Shown here: positions 18,241 to 24,839 of the stretch, piece after piece
Layout of the letters: each line of letters opens with the position of its first letter
Numbering within the stretch: the stretch's first letter is position 1
Assembly (NCBI GenBank): GCA_026394775.1
Contig: JAPLZY010000008.1
Coordinates: 1-51,366 of the forward strand
Reading direction: 5' to 3'
Source of the DNA: Candidatus Zambryskiibacteriota bacterium
Lineage (GTDB): Bacteria; Patescibacteriota; Minisyncoccia; Phycocordibacterales; DATDWN01
Length of the DNA stretch: 51,366 nucleotides
Position numbers and translations under genes: made by a program
Notes under the pieces: generated by a model
What the model was told of the DNA's origin: nothing
Databases searched by the model: none
The model's input: the letters and a program-made list of their open reading frames with translations, nothing else

Positions 18241-18786
18241 ATGTCAAAACAACAAATAGGTGAAGGTCGCAATTGGTATGTGATCCATACATATGCAGGA
18301 TATGAAAATGCAGTGCAGAGAAATCTCAAACAGCGTATTGAGTCTTTAGCGATGGAGGACAAGATTTTCGATGTAGTGGTTCCTGTTGAAAAGAAAATCA
18401 AAATCAAAGCAGGGAAGAGAGTGGAAGAAGAAGAAAAGATCTACCCTGGATATGTACTCGTAGATATGGTGGTAACAGACGACTCGTGGTATGTCGTGCG
18501 AAATACTCCTCGTGTGACTGGTTTCGTCGGTTCAGGGGTGTTTCCAGTGCCGATAGACAAAAAAGAAGTGGATGCACTCTTTGCTCGTATGAATGCTCAT
18601 ACAACTAAGCACAAGATAGACTTGGCTTCTGGAGATATGGTCTCTATTGTAGATGGACCGTTTAAAGACCTTGAAGGTAAGGTCTCAGAGGTGGATGAAG
18701 AGAGAGGAAAGGTTAAAGTTCTTGTTGCTATGTTTGGACGCGAAACACCGGTAGAACTAGACTTTTTACAAGTAAGAAAGTCCTAG
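18241..18786 (+). CDS. nusG: transcription termination/antitermination factor NusG
   Basis: NWYVIHTYAGYENAV (NGN domain) and the C-terminal KOW region GDMVSIVDGPFKDLEGKV. Conserved secE-nusG-rplK context. Confidence 0.95.
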   Translation: MSKQQIGEGRNWYVIHTYAGYENAVQRNLKQRIESLAMEDKIFDVVVPVEKKIKIKAGKRVEEEEKIYPGYVLVDMVVTDDSWYVVRNTPRVTGFVGSGVFPVPIDKKEVDALFARMNAHTTKHKIDLASGDMVSIVDGPFKDLEGKVSEVDEERGKVKVLVAMFGRETPVELDFLQVRKS

Positions 18787-18826
18787 AAGAAAGATTAAGG
18801 ATTAAAGATTAATGAATGGTACAATC

Positions 18827-18855
18827 TTGACTCTTACGTATTTTTACACTATTAT
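18827..18855 (+). promoter_or_regulatory. sigma70-type promoter TTGACT-N17-TATTAT upstream of rplK
   Basis: -35 element at 18827-18832 and -10 element at 18850-18855. The hexamers and spacing are identical to the secE promoter. Confidence 0.5.
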
Positions 18856-18888
18856 TCCTAAATCATTGATCATTAATCCATTTATATT

Positions 18889-19311
18889 ATGGCTAAAAAA
18901 ATAACAAAAAAACTAAAACTCGTCATTCCTGCGGGTAAAGCGAATCCGGCTCCTCCAGTAGGTCCGGCTCTCGGTCAGGCAGGTGTGGCTATCGGTGAAT
19001 TCGTAAAGCAATTTAACGATGCAACGGCAAAGATGATGGGAGATATCGTGCCTGTAGAAATTACAGTGTATGAAGACCGAACATTTACTTTTGTACTTAA
19101 GACCCCTCCAGCATCAAGTCTTATACTCAAAGCCCTTGGAAAAGAGAAAGGTTCAGGTAAAAATGCTACTGCAAAGATCGGTACTCTTACAAAAGATCAG
19201 CTTAAAGAAATTGCAGAAAAGAAAATGGTTGATCTCAATGCTCACGATGTGGAAGCGGCGATGAAGATTATCGCTGGATCTGCACGATCTATGGGCGTTG
19301 AAGTGCGCTAA
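18889..19311 (+). CDS. rplK: 50S ribosomal protein L11
   Basis: [24 protein letters not shown] is the canonical L11 N-terminus. Confidence 0.97.
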   Translation: MAKKITKKLKLVIPAGKANPAPPVGPALGQAGVAIGEFVKQFNDATAKMMGDIVPVEITVYEDRTFTFVLKTPPASSLILKALGKEKGSGKNATAKIGTLTKDQLKEIAEKKMVDLNAHDVEAAMKIIAGSARSMGVEVR

Positions 19312-19436
19312 CGCACTTCAACGAGCCGGAAGCTGGCTGAGGCGGGCCCGCGCAACTTTTCACTAGAAAAGTATGTGTGGGTTGACGTGAAATAACTAGA
19401 CTTTCATATTTCGATTCTGCTATACTACTCAAACAA

Positions 19437-19461
19437 AAGGCGCGCCTCCGGGTGTGCCTTT
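19437..19461 (+). terminator. intrinsic terminator downstream of rplK
   Basis: AAGGCGCGCC-tccg-GGTGTGCCTT (two G-U pairs) followed by TTGTATTTG. Confidence 0.55.
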
Positions 19462-19519
19462 TGTATTTGTGTTTTTATGATTGAATTGGTAGGCTTTGTT
19501 TAGATAAGGAGAAATTGAA

Positions 19520-20128
19520 ATGATATTGACGGTTGACCTTCGTCCTGATTGGAAAGAGCTTCATATGCTTACGGCAATTAAAGCGGGTACCCGTACCTCG
19601 TGTTTAAAACGAGGTGTTGGGGCTGTTTTAGTAAGAAATAAAAGAGAGATTGTGTCAGGGTACAATGGGGCTCCTTCCGGAATGGAAAATTGTCTTATTG
19701 ATTTAAAGGAATGTTTTTATGAACGTCTCGCATGGGAAGATAGTCAAAAAGGTCACGGGCCTTTTGAGTTATTAAAAGAAGCTCGGAAAATATTCTGTAT
19801 TGCACGGCATGCTGAGGCGAATGCGATTCAGCAGTGTCTCGATACAGGAGTCTCTCCAAAGGCGGCTACATTATTTGTCACCAACTTTCCGTGTCCTCGA
19901 TGTGTCATTGAGTACATTATCCCAAATAAATTAGCGGGAGTTATTGTATGGAAAGACTACTTAGCAAATCCATTACTCACTGAAGATGAGCTCACAATGA
20001 GCGTGAGACTTCTCCGGGGTGCAAAGGTATCTGTAGAAAAAATGGATTTCCCTGAGAAGCGAATTCGGGAAATCATGGAGATGCATTTTTCGGTCGGAGA
20101 TAAAACAAAATATGTTTTTCAACCCTAG
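19520..20128 (+). CDS. deoxycytidylate (dCMP) deaminase, DCTD/T4-like long form
   Basis: RPDWKELHM...A..AGTRTSC, GYNGAPSG, and the zinc ligands HAEANAI and PCPRC. AAGGAG lies 8 nt upstream of the ATG. Confidence 0.85.
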   Translation: MILTVDLRPDWKELHMLTAIKAGTRTSCLKRGVGAVLVRNKREIVSGYNGAPSGMENCLIDLKECFYERLAWEDSQKGHGPFELLKEARKIFCIARHAEANAIQQCLDTGVSPKAATLFVTNFPCPRCVIEYIIPNKLAGVIVWKDYLANPLLTEDELTMSVRLLRGAKVSVEKMDFPEKRIREIMEMHFSVGDKTKYVFQP

Positions 20129-20131
20129 TGA

Positions 20132-20164
20132 CTGGGTGGCTTCACTGCCACCTGGTTATTTTTT
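20132..20164 (+). terminator. intrinsic terminator after the dCMP deaminase gene
   Basis: CTGGGTGGC-ttcact-GCCACCTGG (core GGTGGC/GCCACC) followed by TTATTTTTT. Confidence 0.5.
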
Positions 20165-20197
20165 ATATATCTGATAGGATGGTTTTTAGAGGTGAGT

Positions 20198-20764
20198 ATG
20201 AAAATTGGTCTTGATTTTGACGGAGTCATTGCTGACTCCCTTGCAGCAAAAGTTACTGCTGCACGTGAAATGTTTGCGGTTTCAATTCCTCCAGACCTTT
20301 GTGAGCGTAAGCTCATTATGCAACATCAGTTGCTTACTGAGGAACAGTATGATGAGGTGAATAGGAGGGTATTCAGTGGGCGTGGAGTTGCCATTGAGGA
20401 AATACATCAAGCCTGTCTGTACATTCAAATCTTGCAGGCGCATCGGTATAATATTCGAGTTGTGACGAGCAGATCCAACTCTGATCGTACTCTGGCGTGT
20501 GCGTTAGAGTGGCTTCGGGTAAAAAACCAAACTTTAAAAGTTTCTGGTGTTGGATACAAAAAATCCAAGGTCGATGCGTGTCGCGGGCTTGATGTTTTTG
20601 TTGATGATGATTTAGAAAAGCTCGTACCTCTCGTTGGTACGGTGAACCATTTGCTTCTTTTTTCATCGCCAACCAATCGAGACCATGAAATGCCATCAGG
20701 TATTCATCGTGTAGACAATTGGTGGGAACTTTACAACTATATCCGGGAAGGAGGATTTCGATGA
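20198..20764 (+). CDS. HAD-superfamily 5'(3')-deoxyribonucleotidase-like (NT5C-type) protein
   Basis: MKIGLDFDGVIADS carries the HAD motif I DxDGV at the extreme N-terminus, and VFVDDD is a motif IV candidate. The track start 20192 is a GTG two codons upstream. Confidence 0.6.
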   Translation: MKIGLDFDGVIADSLAAKVTAAREMFAVSIPPDLCERKLIMQHQLLTEEQYDEVNRRVFSGRGVAIEEIHQACLYIQILQAHRYNIRVVTSRSNSDRTLACALEWLRVKNQTLKVSGVGYKKSKVDACRGLDVFVDDDLEKLVPLVGTVNHLLLFSSPTNRDHEMPSGIHRVDNWWELYNYIREGGFR

Positions 20765-21393
20765 TTGACATTATTCACTACCAAGTGTTGCCTGAAGGAG
20801 AGTTTCTTGCTCGCCTTAAGGAGACTCGTCTCAAAGGTTTTGGGCAACCACTTGTATATAAGAACAGTGCTTTGGTTATCAAGGAGCAGGTTAATCCTGA
20901 TGTCTTGGTGCCAGCTCAACTGTATGTACTCAAAGGGCAGGTGAAAATTGTTCTAGACCTTGCGGATGCTTTCGAGCATCGAGGTGTGAATGTTTTCGCA
21001 CTGACTGGCGCTTTGCTCTTTTGGTTGGGTGGGTCCGATCCTGATAAGGATCCTCCTATTCCGTTTCTCCCGCCGGTGATTGAGGAATCTCGTGAGCCAG
21101 ATGGGCGAGTAGTTCAACTCATAAACGACGGTATGCATCGGATCGCCGCCGCTCGCCGGTTAGGAAGGAACATCAACATCGTCCATATTTCTAATGTTCC
21201 TCAAGAGTATCCTTACTATGCATATGCACTGGAAGGAGGTTTTTCTCAGGTTACAGAAATCGATGAAATCACCGAAGGTTTCAAAAAGAAAAACTATCGA
21301 GACCCTGAGAACTATAAAGCTCTTTTTCGGGTTTTCACTGGAGTCTTTCCTGGAGTTCAGGCAGACCGGCCACCGATTCGTGCAAAAGTATAA
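20761..21393 (+). CDS. ParB N-terminal/sulfiredoxin-like domain protein, function unknown
   Basis: VVQLINDGMHRIAAARRLG matches the ParB-like DGxHR...A....G box. ATG 20761 overlaps the upstream stop (ATGA) and is preceded by GGAAGGAGGA. The track start 20719 is less likely. Confidence 0.55.
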   Translation: MIDIIHYQVLPEGEFLARLKETRLKGFGQPLVYKNSALVIKEQVNPDVLVPAQLYVLKGQVKIVLDLADAFEHRGVNVFALTGALLFWLGGSDPDKDPPIPFLPPVIEESREPDGRVVQLINDGMHRIAAARRLGRNINIVHISNVPQEYPYYAYALEGGFSQVTEIDEITEGFKKKNYRDPENYKALFRVFTGVFPGVQADRPPIRAKV

Positions 21394-21398
21394 AAAAC

Positions 21399-21430
21399 GG
21401 GGAGTTGTTGATATTCAACAGCTCCCTTTT
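21399..21430 (+). terminator. intrinsic terminator
   Basis: GGGAGTTGTTGA-tat-TCAACAGCTCCC (12 bp with one G-U pair) followed by TTTT. Confidence 0.65.
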
Positions 21431-21488
21431 GTTATATCTATAAAAGTGGTATAACGAACCAGGAAAGTTTTTTGATAAGGAGCTCAAC

Positions 21489-22985
21489 ATGCGCTTTGAA
21501 GCGTTGTATTACAAAGAACGACTGACTGTGATCAATCCTTCAGGAGATGTTGCGGTTGTTACACTTTGGTCACTAACGGATTCTGCGGTTAAGATTTTAG
21601 AAGCGGCAGGTATTGATCTGACACCTGAGACTTCACGGGTGGCTGTAATTAGCAACCTGTACGGCAATGGTTTACCTCATATGCTCCGGGCTCTTCTATG
21701 GAACCCACAAATTCAGCATATCGTGGTATTTGGTTCAAACCTATCTGGCTCAAAGGAATGGTTAGTTAATTTCTTTGAGCACGGATTGGAAAATTTTGAA
21801 TTCTTGGGTTCTCCGGCATTTCGTATTCGAAATACTGATCGGGTGATTGATGGAGAGGTACAATTAAGTTATTTTTTGCATCCTCCTTCGATCACTACGT
21901 TTGGAAAACTTACTGATTCAGAAACACAGTCATGTTTGCAAGAATTTTTTGCAGGCTTGCCGGGCTTTGTAGAGAGAAAATTCGAAAGAGTTGCACCTCC
22001 ACAAGTCCCTGAACCTCAGGTGACACGATTTCCATCAGACCCATCGGCTCATATGATTGTACGCGGGACACCAATGGAAGCATGGGCGGAACTCGTATTT
22101 CGTTTGTATCGGTTTGGGTATCGCAATAAAGTAGCAAAGAAAGGAGCGCTCGAAGAACGTGTAGAGCTTCTCGACATGAAAGTTGTAATCAATAATCCTG
22201 TTGAGGAATCTGCTGAAATTCTTGGGCAATATGGATTTGAATTGGAGAAGTTTCGCGGTTACCAGCTGCGAATCCTTGATCCAGTTAAGCCACACGGACT
22301 CCAGTATTCCTACGGTAATCTCTTAAGGGGACACTTTCAGTATCAAGGTGAGATAGTTGATTCGTTGGCTGTGGTTGCTCGGAGGTTGAAAGTTGATCCA
22401 CATTCTCGACATGAATATGTTGCCTTGTGGGACAATGGACCTCATTTGGTTACCGGTCGAGGATGTCCGTGTTTTGTCTCTGCTTTCTTTCGATTTTTTG
22501 AAGGGAAGTTACATATGACTGCGACTTTCCGTACTCACAACGCGATGGATGCGTGGCCGGAGAATTTATACGGACTCATCGCCATTTTACGTTTTGTTGC
22601 GGAACATGCCGGTATGGAAACTGGCTCAATCACCGTGTTCAGTCATTCGATCAGTATTGATCCTTCTGCTCTCGAAAAAGCAAAAAAAATTGCAGAAGGA
22701 AAAAAGACGGATGATATCGTCAATCCTGAGACTGCTAAGGTTGAGCTTCGGCTTGATCCAGGTGGGGAGTATACAGTCACTTTTGATTCGGAAACTTTTG
22801 AACTTGTAGTTGAGCATTCGTTTGGTGGCATGAAGCTTGGTGAGTATCGTGGAAAAACAGCAGAGCAAATTGAACAACAGCTTGCTTGTGATGGTTCGAT
22901 CTTGCTTATCTCTCATGCTTTGTATGTTGGACGGCAGCTTGCTCGCAAAGAAATAGAAATGAAAGCTGCACGCTTAAAAAAGTAG
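21489..22985 (+). CDS. thymidylate-synthase-superfamily protein fused to an N-terminal MtrA-like domain and a C-terminal extension
   Basis: The core GRGCPCFVSAFFRFFEGKLHMTATFRTHNAMDAWPENLYGLIAI...GSITVFSHSISID is colinear with the ThyA active-site region (PC, GKL, R-x-x-D/N, P-x-N). The N-terminus reads GDVAVVTLWS...NLYGNG...NPQIQHIVVFGSNLSG. AAGGAG lies 7 nt upstream of the ATG. Confidence 0.6.
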   Translation: MRFEALYYKERLTVINPSGDVAVVTLWSLTDSAVKILEAAGIDLTPETSRVAVISNLYGNGLPHMLRALLWNPQIQHIVVFGSNLSGSKEWLVNFFEHGLENFEFLGSPAFRIRNTDRVIDGEVQLSYFLHPPSITTFGKLTDSETQSCLQEFFAGLPGFVERKFERVAPPQVPEPQVTRFPSDPSAHMIVRGTPMEAWAELVFRLYRFGYRNKVAKKGALEERVELLDMKVVINNPVEESAEILGQYGFELEKFRGYQLRILDPVKPHGLQYSYGNLLRGHFQYQGEIVDSLAVVARRLKVDPHSRHEYVALWDNGPHLVTGRGCPCFVSAFFRFFEGKLHMTATFRTHNAMDAWPENLYGLIAILRFVAEHAGMETGSITVFSHSISIDPSALEKAKKIAEGKKTDDIVNPETAKVELRLDPGGEYTVTFDSETFELVVEHSFGGMKLGEYRGKTAEQIEQQLACDGSILLISHALYVGRQLARKEIEMKAARLKK

Positions 22986-23000
22986 TAATCTCAGTTTGTC

Positions 23001-23036
23001 AGAGCCTCGTGGTAGCACCATGGGGCTCTTTTTTTA
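23001..23036 (+). terminator. intrinsic terminator
   Basis: AGAGCCTC-13 nt-GGGGCTCT followed by T7. It lies inside the 5' extension of the track argS ORF, which argues for the ATG at 23063. Confidence 0.6.
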
Positions 23037-23062
23037 TGCCTAAAAAATGCTATTATGACCTC

Positions 23063-24754
23063 ATGACTCTCCAAAATACAATCAAACAGTGGATTGCTAC
23101 TACTCTCTCTATCGACGACGATGTGACTTTGGAATACCCGGGGGATGCCTCTCACGGGGATTTTGCTACCAATATCGCCCTTATCTACGCAAAGCAGTCG
23201 GGGAAAAACCCACGAGAACTTGCTGATGAATTTGTAACCAAGCTTAATGCGGTATTAGAACATTTTGATTTCTTTGAAAGTATTACAGTAGCAGGTCCCG
23301 GCTTTATCAACTTTAAACTCAGGCCAAAAGTTTTTAGTGCGGTAGTGGAGAAAATAAATACATCGGGTGAAAAATTTGGAAACCATACGAGACTTTCAGG
23401 GCAGCGGGTTGTAGTCGAGTACACACAACCAAATCCGTTTAAAGAATTTCATATCGGGCACCTCATGAATAATATTATCGGCGAGTCGATCTCTCGACTT
23501 TTTGAGGCACATGGTACAGAGGTTATACGTTCGACATATCATGGAGATGTGGGATTGCACGTAGCAAAAGCTATTTGGGGGCTTCAGAGTATGGAAGTAG
23601 GGACTCTTGTAAACGCACAGGTTTTGGGAAAAGCATATGCAACAGGAGCAAAACTTTTTGAAACAAATGAAGATGTAAAAAAAGAAATTGTCGCACTCAA
23701 CAAACTTATCTACGATCGGTCAGACCCTGATGTAAATGCGCTCTATGATGTGGGAAGAGAAGTGTCTCTCCGATACTTCGAAGATTTATATAAACGCCTT
23801 GGAAGTGAGTTTGATTTTCATTTTTATGAAAGCGAAACAGCGCCTATTGGTAAAGCGCTTGTGGAGGAATATCTCGAAACAGGAGTGTTTGAAAAAAGTG
23901 AGGGCGCGGTGATCTATCGAGGTGAGAAGTTTGGCCTGCACAGTAGAGTGTTTTTGACATCTGAAAATCTCTCAACATATGAAGCAAAAGAGCTTGGCTG
24001 TATCGCTCTAAAAAAAGAAAAAATCGGAGAGTTTGATATGTCGGTGACTATTACTGCAAATGAACAAAATGCTTTTTTTACAGTGGTTGAAAAAGCGGCT
24101 GAAGAAGTATTTCCTGACCTTTCTGCAAGACTCCTTCATCTCTCGCACGGCATGATGAAGTTGCCGACAGGGAAAATGTCTTCTCGTACAGGGGACGTTA
24201 TTACTGCTGAAGCTATGATTGAAACAGTAAAAGATGCTGCTCGAATGAAAATTAAAGAAGGTGTACTTTCTCATGCGCAGCGAGAAGATATTGCAGAGAA
24301 GGTGGCGCTCGCTGCATTGCGTTTTGCTGTACTTCGGCAATCAATCGGTGGGGATATTATTTTTGATGTAAACAAAGCACTTTCTCTTGAAGGGGATTCT
24401 GGTCCTTACTTGCAATATGCTTCGGTGCGAGCGTCTACGCTTATTAAAAAAGCAGATGGAATCATTGAGGCTTCGTCTGTGTTGCCGGCGGATTGGGAGA
24501 CTACTCATATCGAACGCTTGCTCCAGCGGTATCCGCGTATCATCGACCGTGCGGGGCGAGAGTATGCTCCGCATTATCTCGTAACATACCTCACTGAGCT
24601 TGCAGGAGCTTTCAATTCATTTTATGCGTCACATAAGATTATTGACGCTTCTGACGCTACCTCTGCTTATCGTCTTTCAATCACAAAAGCGTTTGTGGAT
24701 GTGATGACATCTGGATTACACATGTTAGGTATTGAAATTCCAAGTGAAATGTAA
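23063..24754 (+). CDS. argS: arginyl-tRNA synthetase
   Basis: EYTQPNPFKEFHIGHLMNN (HIGH motif), a central MSSRTG motif and a C-terminal DALR-type anticodon-binding domain. Confidence 0.95.
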   Translation: MTLQNTIKQWIATTLSIDDDVTLEYPGDASHGDFATNIALIYAKQSGKNPRELADEFVTKLNAVLEHFDFFESITVAGPGFINFKLRPKVFSAVVEKINTSGEKFGNHTRLSGQRVVVEYTQPNPFKEFHIGHLMNNIIGESISRLFEAHGTEVIRSTYHGDVGLHVAKAIWGLQSMEVGTLVNAQVLGKAYATGAKLFETNEDVKKEIVALNKLIYDRSDPDVNALYDVGREVSLRYFEDLYKRLGSEFDFHFYESETAPIGKALVEEYLETGVFEKSEGAVIYRGEKFGLHSRVFLTSENLSTYEAKELGCIALKKEKIGEFDMSVTITANEQNAFFTVVEKAAEEVFPDLSARLLHLSHGMMKLPTGKMSSRTGDVITAEAMIETVKDAARMKIKEGVLSHAQREDIAEKVALAALRFAVLRQSIGGDIIFDVNKALSLEGDSGPYLQYASVRASTLIKKADGIIEASSVLPADWETTHIERLLQRYPRIIDRAGREYAPHYLVTYLTELAGAFNSFYASHKIIDASDATSAYRLSITKAFVDVMTSGLHMLGIEIPSEM

Positions 24755-24839
24755 TTTTGATGGTCCCCATCTAAGATGAATACGATTCTTTATAAAAAGG
24801 AGTGAAAATGATAGTATGGGCTAATAAGAACATAACAGA

